Shown here: in pieces, positions 38,881 to 53,880 of the stretch | Numbering within the stretch: position 1 is the stretch's first letter | Layout of the letters: the number at the start of each line of letters is the position of its first letter | Assembly (NCBI GenBank): GCA_012295275.1 | Contig: CM022665.1 | Location: 27,280,001-27,344,000, forward strand | Reading direction: 5' to 3' | Length of the DNA stretch: 64,000 nucleotides | From: Chrysomallon squamiferum | Lineage: Eukaryota; Animalia; Mollusca | The notes under the pieces: generated by a model | Told to the model about the DNA's origin: nothing | The model's input: only the letters and a program-made list of their open reading frames with translations | The model's database searches: none | Translations under genes and position numbers: made by a program

Positions 38881-40908
38881 TTTTATATGTCCATAATTTT
38901 CTAATTGTTTTATGTACATGCTTGTAATTTATATGTTTAAAAGCAAAATACCATTAAGATCTTTTTCTTCATTCACTGTGATAGTATAACAGCTAATTTC
39001 TGTTTACAACAGTGTTAGATCAGCAATTAAATTGCAAATTAGTATGAAACTGAAATACCATTCCCCTTCCCCATCTTACTGCAGACATGAATTCTCTGCC
39101 TGAACTTTTCCTTTACATTTTACCTGAGTTTTGTTCTTTTTATGAAAAAAAAATCCCTTTGTCTTTTGAACAAAACACAGAGTGCATACATCTAGTACAC
39201 ACATAAAGTTTAGCATTTATGGCCCTGCATATATTATCTTTTTTTCCTTCAAGGCGTCTTTTTTTCTTTCTTTATATCATCAATTTCTAAAACTCACTTG
39301 TTTTTATTTTTTTATTTATTATTATGTTCTTTTTAAAAGTTTTAACCCATTTTTTTTTTTGACTTCAGCGATTTATTTTATTTAATTTTAATTTTTTATT
39401 TTAAATTAATTATTTATTTATTTAAATCAACATTTAAAACATAGCTTTTTATTTATTTTTTTTTTTTTTTTTCATTATTATTATGCTCTTTTTGTCTTCA
39501 GGCAATCCATGTTTAAAACTATGTTAATTTTTCTTCATTATTATTGTGTTAACTTGTTTTACAATAACTGTAGGTGACTATAATCAATGAGTTAATTATC
39601 TCAGTATTCCTGTCTGTATCAGATGGTACAACGACTTGTTAATCATTATAACCAGACAGTGGGGAGACTTATGTTATTGGTATTCATCCAGACATAATTA
39701 CTCACTTCATTGAATTGACTTGTCTTTATTCAGAAAGTAAATTGAGTAGATTGCATCTTCTTATAGTCAGCTGTAGACCGAATGTTCTCTCCATTTTTAA
39801 AATCGAGATAAAGCAATTGTAAATAGCATAATGCTTTATATAATTTTAATAGCTTCTGTCTAAAGTAATATGCTTGGGTTTATTATTATTGAAACTGGGA
39901 TTAAACTGAATATGCATATTAGATTTTAAATTCATGTTTTTATTCATAAACAGAATTTTGTTTTTTTGCTGATGTAAAAGTTAGTTGTTACGGAAATATC
40001 ATATTAGGCTGATACCTTGAAACAGATAAGCTTCAAATAACTTTAAAAAAAAAAAAAAAATTAATAATTCAGAAATCTTCGTAGCAAACAATATACATTT
40101 TGTTAAGTCTGATAATCAGAATTCATAAGGGTTGTATATGTTTCAATGTTCAGAATTTTTTATATTTTGGGAATGTAGTTGATATTGATGACATGATGGA
40201 TCATAGCAGTAAAACAATTGATGCATATGTTGTAAATGAGTGATGTTAAATCAAACAGTTTCAGTTTTCAGATCATGCTGAAAAGGACTATTACATCCAT
40301 ACTGAAATGTGAAGAAGTGATATTTTATTTTACAACTGCAAATATCCGTGATACCATCAGAAGCAAATCTGATCTTACAAAGATAAAAATCTAAATTGAT
40401 CCCAAAAATTCCAACAGCAGCAACAACAACAACAACAACAACCCACACACACACAAACACAAACATGCACAGAAATGAAATAAAAAATAAAAAATAATAA
40501 TATATTTGGCTACATAACACACATTTAAATGTTTTATTTTCTCTTCTTACTATCAGCCACTTTGGCTAGTGTTAATAATTACTGCTATTTCACATTCCCA
40601 CTTTCAGCAAATTATAGAATTATTGTCTTTGGTGTTGTGCACTGGACACAGTGTCATTGTATTTCTATTGTCTGTGTGTGAAGCACTGAGTGACTTAAGT
40701 ACATTGGCCCTGTGTTCACCCAGGTCAGTCTTCAAGCTATCAATACACCACTAGCAAAAACTGTCTCCCAAATTTTATCTGTTAATCAAACTATTGGCTT
40801 ACAGAATTGTTTTGTATTGTGTTGTTTGTTTAAAACTTGAATATGTTCAAAGGGTTCTTTTGTCTGTCAGTCTCTCTGTTTACTTATTTATTTATTTATG
40901 AACTTATT

Positions 40909-40939
<31 letters not shown>

Positions 40940-43436
40940 TTAGTTCTAGAATCAAATATTTTTATCAAATTATTAAGTGATCTTCATCATCATCATCCTT
41001 TTTACAATCTACTGTAATTAATTGTAATACAATTTAATAAATGATCAACCTGAAATGTACAGTATTAATTATTAATGATAATTGTATATAAATCTCTTTA
41101 TTAACTTTCCATTTACATTTTATCATTTGCAATCAGCAGTAAAAGGCTTACCTTAAAAACGATCAAATTCTTTATATCTTTGACTCATATTGTTCTTCTA
41201 CATTAGATTAAAGTCTTTTCATTAATTTATCACTTAGATTCCATAATCAAACAAACCGATAAGTCAGTCATACATATTTCAAACCATTTACATGTTATCA
41301 GCGTCATTATTAGCTTACAATTTATAATTTAGCAATAAAATGTATACACACCTTAATAAATGAGCAAACAGAAATTACTTTGCAACCCTCTGAATCATTA
41401 TTCTGTTCCCTACAGTTGGTCTGTGAGTGTACATGTAATTATCATAGCAACTTAAGTGTCATCCTTTTCAGCTTGTAACACTGAGCCCTCCCAATCCCCA
41501 TGCAGTGTGCACAGTTATCAAGATTTGTTTGATTATGTGTTGCCGTGGTATTCTTCTGGCGCCGCTGGTCTGTGGCAGTGTCTGCTGTACACATTGGCTC
41601 TGCACTACTGTTCACCCTCGCGACTCAGAGATCACTGTAGCATGCTCTGGCTGATTTATTTCCCCTACCTGCTTTAAAAGAAGCTTTCGTGAGTTATCAA
41701 CCTTTTGCGCTCTTCAATCTTGAGAAGTAATAAATTGGCTTCTCATGATTTCTTATTGATTCTCTGCATGATTAAGATGCCATATAAAGGAGAAAAAAAA
41801 AAAAAACACTTATTGCTTCTGTCAGAATTACTTCAAAAGCTCTTGGATTGAGAAGAAAAATTTTTGTATACTTTTTGTCATGACAAGAAAAAAATATATA
41901 TTTTCAGTAATCCCTCTACTTTATATGAATTGCATTCAGTATAGTGAGGCTTATTCTGTCTATAACAGAACACTTTATAATGTAATTGATAATAATTCTG
42001 AACTCTGTAACTTCTGGGAATTAAGGGGGCAGATCAATATAATCCTACCTGCAAAGGTAATGACAATTTTCTAAAGGTTTTGATGTGATGGTTTATTATT
42101 ATTATTATATCTAAAAAAAAAAAAAAATGATTGTGGTATATTATGCTGATTATTATTAATTAAAAAACATTCTGGTACACTGTACTAACTTATCACTAAT
42201 TGTAAATCTGCATTTAAATTTCAAAGGTTTCATTGTTCCTATCAAAAAAGACATTTTCTTTAAAATAGCACTGAAAAAGAATTGTAAAAATTTGTAAACA
42301 TACAATATACAAATAATGTAACAAAATTATTTTTGTATTTTTTCTCAGTATCATCACATTTAATCACATTTTAAATGTTTCAGTATTTAAAATGTCTGAT
42401 CTTATTAGTATTTGTAACCAGGTGCAAAAACTGCAAGTATTACATTTGAAGTAATATCATCTGACAGTATCATCTTTTGTTATCAAGTACAGAAAGATTA
42501 TTTGAAATAGCAACAACATTTTTGTGATGAAATATGTACAAAAAAACAAGAACAAGAAGAACAAAAGACAGAAAGATTGTTAATAAAATTCTTTAAATTT
42601 TTCCAGAGACTCAGAAGTTTTTATAATATTAATGTCTGAGAGATAGAAATTTAGTTACAAGAAAAATAATTAGCCTAACAAGAGAAAAGGTTACAAGGCA
42701 AAGTAATTAAATTGTGTGATGGATAGTTTCCATTCTCAGTACTAATCAGTTTTGGTAATGGAACAACAGTCACCCACCTGACCCTAGCTGGTCACAGTGT
42801 GTGTCAGCTTATGGGGAAAGCTGATAATAATCTCTTTTTACAATAGAATAGAAAACTAATTTGTCATGTGGTCACAGGCTTTTAATAGGGACACACAATG
42901 GAGAGAGAGATTTGGAACGACTATAAAGAAGAAGAAGAAAATACCCACAAAATTCTGCAACCACAGCAAATGTTTACCCATGTAACCTCTTCCAACATTT
43001 TCATGAATTTTTAACTGCAAGAAAAGCCAGAGAGTTAACAATTGTTTCAGAAACAAAATTACCAAATTGTGCCGAGAGCTAAGAGCAGTGACATAGAACA
43101 TTTATTAAATATGCAAATGGCTGCCAAGCCATCTCAGCACTGTCAGAAAGACCATTTGTCAGAGAAAGGAAGCATCAAAAAGTCATAAACAAAAACACCA
43201 ATTTATAGTTTTTTAAACAAATCTCTTTATGGCCATGATTTTATAAAGTATTTGGTCTTTTGTGGCAAGAGAATCACAGTAACAAACTTTAAACTATCAG
43301 TGTTGTATTATTTCATTCTCTTTGCCTGACAGTAACAGTCCATAAACATACATTTATGCTGTTGTCCTTTTATTCTAAAAGCCAGTTTTGAAAATGTTTT
43401 ATCTGAAAAAAACCCACCAAAAAACAAAACCCCCAG

Positions 43437-43476
<40 letters not shown>

Positions 43477-43617
43477 GATCCAAGTTTCTTTAAACTATAT
43501 ATTTTAGTTAAAAAAACAGTAAACTGAAGTATTATTTTAAGCCACATTGGTATAATGCTACTTTATGTTATTCCAGTTTATTTTATTAAATCATGGATAA
43601 TTCAATCTTGGGGCTCT

Positions 43618-43705
43618 TATTGGAATGGGAAATAAACCAGTGGATGATGCACTAAAATATACTGATTTTGTGATCTCATGTATCTAGAGTTCATACTCTT
43701 TACAT
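43618..43705 (-). mobile_element. Highly decayed SINE fragment
   Basis: Minus strand ends CCACTGGTTTATTTCCCATTCCA, similar to the SINE body segments at 56480 and 10621. Confidence 0.35.
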
Positions 43706-44829
43706 ATCCAAAGACAATAGCTGGGAATAAAATTTATTAAAAGATTTGAAAAAAAAAAGAAAACTTGGGGATTTTTGTGTGTTTATTTTCATTGCTAAAA
43801 TAATATCTTTTAGCAAAGGAACCTGGTGATCACCAATTTTTTTTCTTTTCAATTAAAAATTAAGGTGTGCCCTCCATCAACACAAATTTAATTTTGTATG
43901 GCCATGTGATACACAACTGAAAGGGACATGTGATGGTATAACATGGATAACCTCATGTTGTGTTAATAAGTATCTGAGCTTGCCAAGGAGACCACACTTG
44001 CAGGTTTCTGCCTCTTACTCAGTGCTGCTGAAATGTCTGGCTTTTGATGTCACACGAAGAGATTACACATCTGGATGAAATATCAGGAAGCTGTTGATAC
44101 TTTGGTGTTAATGTTCACTTAATGCGGCATAGGTTGACAGTGAGGTTAATAGTATTGTTCTATGAAAAGTTAAAAATTCCACTGAACATTCCTTCTTTAG
44201 AAAGTTTGCTGAAATTGATGTAGCAGACCTTTTTTTCTTAAATTTTCTTTGTTTAAATAGAATTTTTTTCTTCTATTTTAAAAATGTTTTTAATTTATTT
44301 TATTACTATTATTATTATTATTATTATTATTGTTATATATTTTTTTCAGTTATACAAGAATACTATAAAATCTGGGTTTCATAACATGATTTTTAAAAGT
44401 GTTATTTTATAAATAAATAAATAAGACCAAAAAAAAAACATAGCCAGCTTCAACATTGACTTGTTTTTACTGAAATATCTATTATTTTTTTTTATAAAAT
44501 AAAAAATATTTTTAACTCTCTCTCCCTTTCAATGTCAATCATTTTTATCAATGAAAATAGAAAAACCCCAGAGTAAATAACAGTGTTTGCTATTTTATCT
44601 CTGATAAATTGTATATTACAAAAAGAAACAGCTTATTAAGAATCTGAAGTCATAAAAGCATTTTATACTTCTTACCTGACATTACTGTAAATAGGAATGC
44701 TTGTCCCAAGGCTTGATTGCCTAAAATGATCTCATAGTGTTATTTATTACACTGCTGTCAGTGGGTTATTGATGGTATTAAACACCATCTTCTGTCAACT
44801 CTGACAGAAAGTGCATGTAAAATAATTCT

Positions 44830-45100
44830 TGCACTCAATCAGTAGGAGTAATCCAGTATTAAAATATACTTCAGCTAAAGTGGAAAAGTTAAATGGTGCA
44901 TCTGAAGGAAATTTCAGTGTAAATCAGTAGCAGTAGCCCTGTATAAAAGCCATATATTTTCGTTAACCTAAATATGAAAACCATTTTATAGAAATACAAT
45001 AATTATTCTTAATCAGTAGGAGTAGCCCTTTATATTAGAATGAATGTAATCTATAAATGTTTAAACTGGAGTAACCCTGAGTAAAAAATAGGGTTTCTTT
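44830..45100 (+). repeat. Degenerate ~85-89-bp tandem repeat, 3 copies plus a partial
   Basis: AATCAGTAG(G/C)AGTA(A/G)(T/C)CC at 44837, 44922 and 45011; partial GGAGTAACCC at 45068. Confidence 0.7.
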
Positions 45101-46388
45101 TTTAACTTAAACATGAAATAAAATACATGAAAAATGAATGATGGAGATATAATTATAGGATATTTCATTTTCTTTCAGTCAGATAACAAAACTAATTAGT
45201 GTTCTGCTTGAAAGGAGACAACCTGCTTCTTTTCTGAACAGCAGTGATTTGAAAAAGATCAGTTCTGTTATTATGTCTGGATTGAAATTTAATTCTCATC
45301 ATGTCTTTTCTCGCTACACAATTAACCCTTTGTCTGGTTTTGCTGTTAATTAACCCTCTGTCTGCCTGTGGTCTTACTGGTTTGCTGTTACTGTGGGAGG
45401 GGTGGGGGTGAAGAAGAAACCTTCATTTTTCAAATAGGTCAGCCAATAACTTTTGATCCAAATTAAGATAAACACAAATCTAATTGTTTCATCATGCTTT
45501 AATGAAATGGTGCCAATTGTAGCAGGAAAACAATTGCAAGGATTAACACTGGTGCCAGACTGTCTGCGAAATAAAAATTTAAATCACTGAGGTTTCTCAA
45601 AATCCTATTATCAACTTAACAGTCTCACCACCTTTTTTATTCCTTTTTTATCTTCCCTATTTTAAAATTACATTATTAATGAGTGCTTTAGAAATTTTAA
45701 TCATTTCAACCAATTGTGCAAGATGGACATAATACTTTCCCCCTTTCTGCCCTCTTCCTCTGCCCAGTCTCAAATTCTGTAAATCCCCCCCCTGAGGCCT
45801 CAGTCTTGAGTGTTTTAATCAAGCAAATGTATTCCATCATCAACATAAACAATATTGCTTCTCTTTTTCTTTTTTTTAAAATAAATTTTCAATGGCATCT
45901 TTTTTCCTTCTGAATTTCTTTCTGATTGTTTCCAATCAGTGGAATAAAATCTGGGAGGTCCCCAATGACCTTGTGATGTGTAAACATTTTCTTTTATCGA
46001 TGCTATTGTTCTCAGATTTATAGGATTCAAGGGATTCTGCACTGCATCCAAAGTAATTCAATGGAATCTTAAAAAGTGTGTGAAAAATTGTCGGGGCTGA
46101 ACAAAAACGTGATCTTTTTCATTGAAGTCAAGTCACTCAAAGATGCATGAAGCATGTTTAGCATAGCTCAGCATGGTTGAAAAAAAGTAGAAATGTTTTT
46201 TAAAAACATCTCAGTTGATTTCCTGTTAAGTCATAAATCCATACAACTTTCTTGAACAAGTGTCATGGTTTGAATCCATGATTTGCACTAAGCACTTGCA
46301 GCAAAAAAAATCATTGATGGCTTGACCATTTAAAAAAAAATTAAAAATGTTTCTTTTTCTGAAATAATGATTGTGCATATATATGTGT

Positions 46389-46431
<43 letters not shown>

Positions 46432-46494
46432 GGTGTATATGTGCACACACACACACACACATTTGACTTGTGTTTGTTATATCTTTATTTAGAC

Positions 46495-46750
46495 TGCTAT
46501 ATTAAATAAATAAAGCAAAGCCATAAACATTTTATAGTTTTCATTTGTAAAATACACGTTAGCTTTGCACCGATCTTTTATATACATTGTGTCTTTACTT
46601 CTTCAGTGTGCTATATTAAACATGTATAGCAAACTCAAAACCAGTTTATGAATTTATTTTTCTTGTGTTAAATACATATACATGCACTCAGAATGTCTTA
46701 TAAATATTATATTGCTTCTTGTTCAACACAATTGTGTTAAATATCTATAG
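46495..46750. repeat. Degenerate ~112-bp tandem duplication
   Basis: TGCTATATTAAA...AGCAAA at 46497 and 46609, with similar downstream sequence. Confidence 0.5.
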
Positions 46751-49700
46751 TAGTACTGAAGTGTGTGATATAATACTTTATATTACACAGTGTGTCAGTA
46801 TGCCACTTGTTTAATAGATTTTTTATATATCTGGCTTTTCCAGTATGGATTCAGCCACAGTCTTACATTATAAACACAGGTTTTAAATAATTTTACAGAA
46901 TTAATAAATTTTTCTGATCTTGGCAAAAACACTTTTTATTGTACTTCTTTCACATAATGTACACATAGATATATATCAAAATGAAATCATTTTATATCAG
47001 TGCAGTTTATTTTAGGTAACATGTCAAAAGCTCTATCTTCTATGTAACAAAGGGTTAAAACAATTTTTAAATTTTAAAAGAAAATTAATTATAAGAGAAA
47101 ATACTGCAGAATCTGTTTGTTTCAAATATTAAATATCAAATATAAAGGAAGCGTGTTCTATCAGTATTACCTCATCTGATGACTAACACATATATTAATT
47201 ATTATTCATTCAACAATTTTCCATATTCACTCATGTGGGTGATAAGCAGTGTTGCTGATGTACATATAAATTGTTAGTGTTAGAAATAATCTTTTGTTTT
47301 TCTTTTTTTTTTCTAAATGTTTTTCTTTTCATTCTTTTCATTTCTTTTTCATGTTAATGTCTTTTAATCTGTCTGTCAGTCTCAATATATGTATCTATTT
47401 CCAGTATTTCTAATCTAACAATATTCCTTTCTATGTTGGTTTTTTTTTTTTTTTTTGAGTCCTTCCTTCCTTCTTCCTTTGTGTTCTGTATTTTCATGCC
47501 ATCATCATCTTTTTTTTTCTTCAATAATTTTTTTTAATAATGAAAAGAAAAATAATTATAACCTTTATTGTTCTAGACTACAGCCAGTAATTTTTTTTTT
47601 CTTCTATTCTTTATAATTCTGTTAGTAGCTGGGAACCAATAGAACTGCCAATCCGGTCTGACACAGGTCACAACTATTTGATAGGTGTAAGCACTTGTGA
47701 TAAGAATTACATTGATTTGCTATCAACAGCATGTGGCCAAGTACCTTATCAGAATTGGAAGTGACTTGCAGAATTCTTAAGAGCACATTTTCTTCTAATG
47801 GCCAGTGGTTGTTACATTTAGAACCATTTGGTTTTACTAAAACCATTTTTTCAAAATCATCATAAGTGTTTATAGTTTATTTTAATTAGTTTAATATTAA
47901 TAAATGGCTTCTGTTTACATTCTGGAAGCTAATATTAAAATAATTTAATGAATGAATAGTTACATTTGGAATTGGTTGGTTTTATTATGATTCACTGCTT
48001 AAGGCCTTTTATTGATAATATTGCATTAGGTTTTATCTTGATACTGAAATATATTGTGCTTTTGTTTATATTTTACAATTTAATATAAACCAACTTTACA
48101 TGAAAAAAAAAAAAAAAAATGAATATATTTGGTACAGAGCTAATTTTAACTGTTGACTAAAATCAAATAATTATCATAATGTCATCATTAGTGATTAAAA
48201 CCAATATCTTAATTTAAAAAAAAAATGTTTAGCAGTATTAGAAATTATAAGAAAAGAAAGCACATACATACACACAAGCTATTCTTTTTCATCTGGATGT
48301 GTCTCAAACAGCTCATGCAGTTAGATATTGTAATCATATAATTTATAATGAATTCTGAGTTTACACATTAGAGACAAGCAATAATTCTCTATTTTAATTA
48401 ATGTCAAAGAGGTTAAACACTTCATTATTAAGGTTAAGATGAGAGGTGGAAGGTTGAGATTTTATACTGATAACAGTGATTAGAAATAATTCACAGAAAT
48501 CTCAGATACACCTGCAGATTTTGTGTTCTTCATTGAACAGTGCAATATAATACCAGAGCAGCCCCTTTAAGAATATAAATAATCAAAGACAGGCATTCTA
48601 ACAGAAGATGTGAAATTGCTAGGCTTAGAAATAGTAATCCTAAAATAGATGCTTGTTCAACTTGCTTTGGTTAAATTCTTCTTTTCTGTTTTGTTCTGGA
48701 TTTTTTTCTTCTTCTTTTTCTGTCAGTAGGTAACTAAAGTAATTATTTTTAGGTATCTTATCCTCCATCTTCAAGAATATACAGTCAATAGGCATAGAAT
48801 TCAAATCATATATTTATGACAACTACATACAGCTGAAGCGAAACTGGTTGAATTTCTGGTTATGAGTGCTGTAGATGAGTTATTTGAAAATGTCCATATT
48901 TCACTTTGCTGTGTGAGCTGAAAGTCATGTTTTATTTGTCTTGTCATTTGATAAAAGTTAAAAGTGGAACCTTCTCTTGTAACTTGCATGTCTTGGGTGA
49001 ATCAATGCATTCTCTAATCTGACAGTTACTGGAGAAAAAGGAGTAAAAATGAAAAAAGAAAATAGATTTATTGACTTGTATTTATAATAAGACCTCTGTT
49101 GTCACTTTTTTCTTCTTCTATCACTGATATTAATTGTTTCCGGCTTTTCCACTCAAGTAGAACTGGCAGCTTGATTTTACATTTGTTTGTTAGGACATAA
49201 TTTTTTCTCTCTCCACCAGTTTTTAGCTTTTAATTTTTATGTTTATTATCAGTAAAGACTGGTTTGAATACATCTGCACACGTTCAGTGTATATGCACCT
49301 GCATGTTATGGTTGACTGATGCTTTGTCCATTTTTATGTGTGTATTGGTATTATTGCATGCATCATTAACCACTGATTAATAATAGTTTGATTTTTACTT
49401 TGTGTAGCTTACAAGTAATGACAGATTATTGATAAATGTGTTAATTGGTATATGAAGGATTTTGCATTCGGTTAATTCAGTTACTTTTTCTATTTGTTTG
49501 ATTCACTGATATCTTTTTTTTCTTTTTTTTTTCATTTGTTTGATTCAGCTGTTTTTTAAATTATTCATTATTTGACATGTTTGCACAATGGATTATTATA
49601 TTTTTAAAGAACAATACTGAATAATTTACACATTGTTGATATTTCAGTTATCAAATGTTGTTTAATTATTTATACACTGATAAGGATATTGATCTTTGTT

Positions 49701-50797
49701 TTAAAATCATTAAACCATGACATGAATAATGATCCAGTTGTGTTGTTTTTGAATTAATGTTTAAAGCTATAAAATAAAATCAGTATGATAGTTTTGGTGG
49801 TGACAAGGACAGGATTTGGTTCTGTTTTAATTATCAGTTTTCATATTATCGTTTTCTTTATATTTGTAAATTAGAATTTAAAAAAATTACACTCTAGTGT
49901 GTGTGTATGTATCTCTATGTATATGTTGATAAAGAACTTTTTTTTATTCTTTTAAAAAAAATATTTCTGTTTAGAATATCAATATTTGTGCAATATTCTT
50001 AAAATAAGACATTCAAAAACTCTTACTTAACAATTTTATTTTTAACTATATTCACTAATATACAGTACATTAAAAAACTGAATTTGAATTCTCCTTCTTA
50101 TCACTGTTACAGTATTAGTACAATCAGAAATGTTTTTAAGAAATCAGAATAAAAAAATAAATAACTGAAAAAAAATAAGGAAGCTGGTTTCTTTTTACTC
50201 ATTATTTTGGATACTAACGATGACAAAAACAAAATGTTCTCTAAATGTTCTACTTCTCTAAGTGGATTAGACTGGGAACACCTGGCTTCCTGTGAAAACA
50301 TTTAGATCATTCATGTCATGTCCATGACACACAAAAGTAAATACTTGTGATTGGCACTTTCATTTAGTTAGCATATTATTTTTAGGTTAGAATAATCCAT
50401 GCTCTTCTGTTGCCTGTTTATCCTTTCACTTTTTCCTTTTTCTTCCTTTTCTTTTTTTCTTTTTGTAAAATGTGTATGGAAATATCAATGTCAGACTTGA
50501 AGTGTCTAAATTCATGTATCATGAAATGCTTCACTTAATCATACAAAGTTAAAGGTATTGGATATGGTGTAGTTTCTAAAATATTTGTTCAGTATGCTAA
50601 CCTATTTGTGTGGCCATTGAATCTGTTGTTTTTGTAGACCAATTCTTGATAGTACAAACATACTGATTTTCAATATGTATAATAAATATAATTGATACAC
50701 ATGCACAAAACGCAGATATTATTTTGTTTTTTCAGTGTATTGTTTTTTGGTATGTTACAAGTTTACTGGTATATTAATATTATTCATACACAAAGAT

Positions 50798-50832
<35 letters not shown>

Positions 50833-51065
50833 TATAGGTACATACAGGTTAAAGCTTATACTGACATGCTAAGGTAAAAAACTTTTGTATCTACACACAC
50901 AGCTGCCAAATACGGATATAAGTTATTTGTATGTGGGTAAATAAGTTAATGTATGTGCATGCTTAGATATATTTAAATTATGACACCCTCATACTCCCAG
51001 CCATATCTACACCCACACATAGTTACAAATAATATTAATGGCTGTCAAAATTAAGATGTGTAAGA

Positions 51066-51084
51066 ACACACACACACATACACA

Positions 51085-51130
<46 letters not shown>
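51066..51130. repeat. (CA)n microsatellite
   Basis: Direct inspection. Confidence 0.95.
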
Positions 51131-51132
<2 letters not shown>

Positions 51133-53644
51133 CACTCATCCCTCACAAGCATAGACAAACCCATATAATCATACATAGATATATAACATTTGTACTTTTG
51201 TTAGTGATCCTATTCGGCTAAAAAGAAACTGTTTAATAATGGCTATAATCTGAACTTGACACAGTGCCATGCTTTATCTGTGTTAAGTGTTTATTGCCTT
51301 GTCAGATTATAAATAACTTACATACAGAGTGATGTATCTCAATTCATCCACTTGTCATAGTCCTATGAGTGGGTGTATGGTGGTTTGGCAGGTCACAAAA
51401 ACAGTTTGTACCCATCAACAACTGTAATGTAATATTTGGGATAGGTTCATCATTCATTGTAACAAAGACAAGATTAATACTGGCCTGAAGATAATCAAAT
51501 GATGGTCTTTGTAGAAGAAATAATTTCTTTTTTATAAATTCTGTTTATAAACATGTTAAAGACTGTCGTAAAGCTTGAAAAATTAGGACAGATCACATTT
51601 TGTAGTGCTATTCAAACACTAGTTCTTATTTATTTGGCAATTTAAAGTTCAGATATAAAATTGTCACACACACCAGTTTACTGTCTTTAAAATATTGATA
51701 TGTTTAACAAATAAATTCAGTTGAAACTAACATTAAAACAAATGAATTATGGATAAAAAAACAGAGGTAATAAATAACAGGTTTTTTTTTTTTACACAAA
51801 TGAATCACTGGCTGTAATGGAGTTATTAAAAATTAAATATTTCTTGCACCAGAACATTTCACACAATGTTTCCTAACCAAGGACCAGACCCACATAACTC
51901 TGTTAATTTGTTCTGTCTCAAGCTGTCCATGCAAATGGTGTCACAATAAATTGTGGCGATCTTCAACCTTACTAGCTTTCATTACCGCCTGATTCACTTT
52001 TAATGGCAAACCAATTGTTGGCCATCAGATCTGTTTTGGCAGTGATTCTCCAAATCTGGCCACTGTGACGAATTCTCTCCCTCCATTTCATTAAGTCCTT
52101 AAGATTATCCATTTGCTGTGGCTTGTCTCTGATGGCCATGGCATAATGACGACGGGATTGTTTTGTGTAGGGACGTGCTGCAAGACTCATCTGTGGGCAT
52201 CCCCCAACAGCTATAAAAATAAATGTGGGGAGATGACTCAGTTATTAAGTGAGATAATTGGATCAGCCTGAGTGACTGGATGATGGATGTCATATCCTTG
52301 GGGACCTGATGCATGTGCAATCCGATGCACGAGCAACAATTTGGTTTTAGCACTGACACACTGAGACAGCAGATGGGTGGTTATAGGACACCTCTCCACA
52401 ACTCTCCAGGCTCTTTGCACCCTGCAGACCAGCACGACAGAGATGATCTTTGATCCTGTCAGCTAACTTCTCAGAAATTGTTCTTCTTTTCTTTTTCAAT
52501 CTTCTGTTTTTTTTATACAAAGTGTCTTAAAAAATGCCATCACTTTCAAGAAATGACTAATATAAATTCTTTTTTTTTTTAAATTCACATTTCCATATTA
52601 AAATCAATTGAAGAAAATGTATTTTTTTAATTTTTTTTTAAATAAAGCATTTTCTAAGGACAGAGAAAAAAAGATAATGTTTTTTATTGAAAAGTAGTTG
52701 TTCAGTTAATATGACTGTTGTTAGAAGCTATCATGAATAATGTATTAGTGTTATGTTGTTACTCTAAAGTTTTCAAACTATTTTATTATTGAAAGTAGAA
52801 GGTGTTTTTTAGGGGGTTTTTAGAATATAGGAGAAAAACAAACATTATTTTAACATTTCTTTTACTGTAAAAGCATTTTAAAAATGCTTATTTGTTTCTG
52901 TTTTTCATTTTATTTAGTTCATAATTTCAGAAAATCCTCCAAATTTGAAATTTATATGTAAATGTTAAAGGAAATGGGTGGACATTTCAATTTTCTTGTT
53001 TTATTAACTGGAACAAGAAAAGTTTGTTTGTTTCAACTATCACAAGAAACATATTTGTTGAGACTAAATGTCACTGCCTACAGCCATTGTTTTTGCACTG
53101 GTCCCATTAGCTTCTCTATTTTCCTTTCTGTCATTGGCTGCTATGATACTTCCTGTTAGATACTCTACACAACCAGTTTTATATTTATAGATCTATAATT
53201 AGTTAATGGTTTTGGTAATATGTACAACTTTTTACTTTATAGAAAAAAGTAAAGAAAGATTAAAAATAACTGTTTCAGAGTTGTCATTTGTCTGTTTTCA
53301 GAAACAACCAGCACATTTTGATAAATGAAAAATGAAACTGAATCACTCTATTTTGAGTCACTTACTCTAAATCAGTTATTAACATTAGTTTCATATCAGA
53401 CTGAAATACATTAGGATGATTATTTTGTATTACTTACAAAACAAATTATTGTTATTATTATTACTATTACTACTACTACTATTATTATTATTAAATTACA
53501 ATAATTCTTTTTGATCATAGCAGGATTTATCCTTTCCTGTCAACCAATATATTTTATGATTTGTTTTACATACTTGTTGTAATCAAAAAAAAAAAAAAAA
53601 AAAAATTATTCACACTTCTCAGTTACTCTTATAATAGGAGATAA

Positions 53645-53880
53645 TATTAACAAGCTTAAACCAGTATACATTTTTTGTTTTTGTTTTCTTTAGCTATTGA
53701 CATTACATGTTAAACAACAGATCAAAAGCTTATTAACAAGCCTAAACCGATCCATTATTTTCAGTTCATATATCCATATTTTTGTTTTGTATGAATATCA
53801 GCATTATACATCAAACAATACATCAAAATGGTGTTAACAGGCCAAAACCAATTCATTATTTGCTGTTTGTGTACAAGTAT
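53645..53880. repeat. Degenerate 85-100-bp tandem triplication
   Basis: TTAACAAGCTTAAACC / TTAACAAGCCTAAACC / TTAACAGGCCAAAACC at about 53648, 53733 and 53835. AAACAA.A.ATCAAAA precedes copies 2 and 3. Confidence 0.7.

Noticed and set aside
41573-41610. miR-34-like 5' sequence TGGCAGTGT in a weak hairpin
   Set aside because: The match ends after 9 nt and the hairpin (~37 nt) is too short for a pre-miRNA.
52360-52465. HLSTTLQALCTLQ as a possible TRIM9 coiled-coil exon 2
   Set aside because: Only superficial resemblance; it lacks the expected LSE/DKA-type continuation, ends in a stop and has no fitting splice sites.
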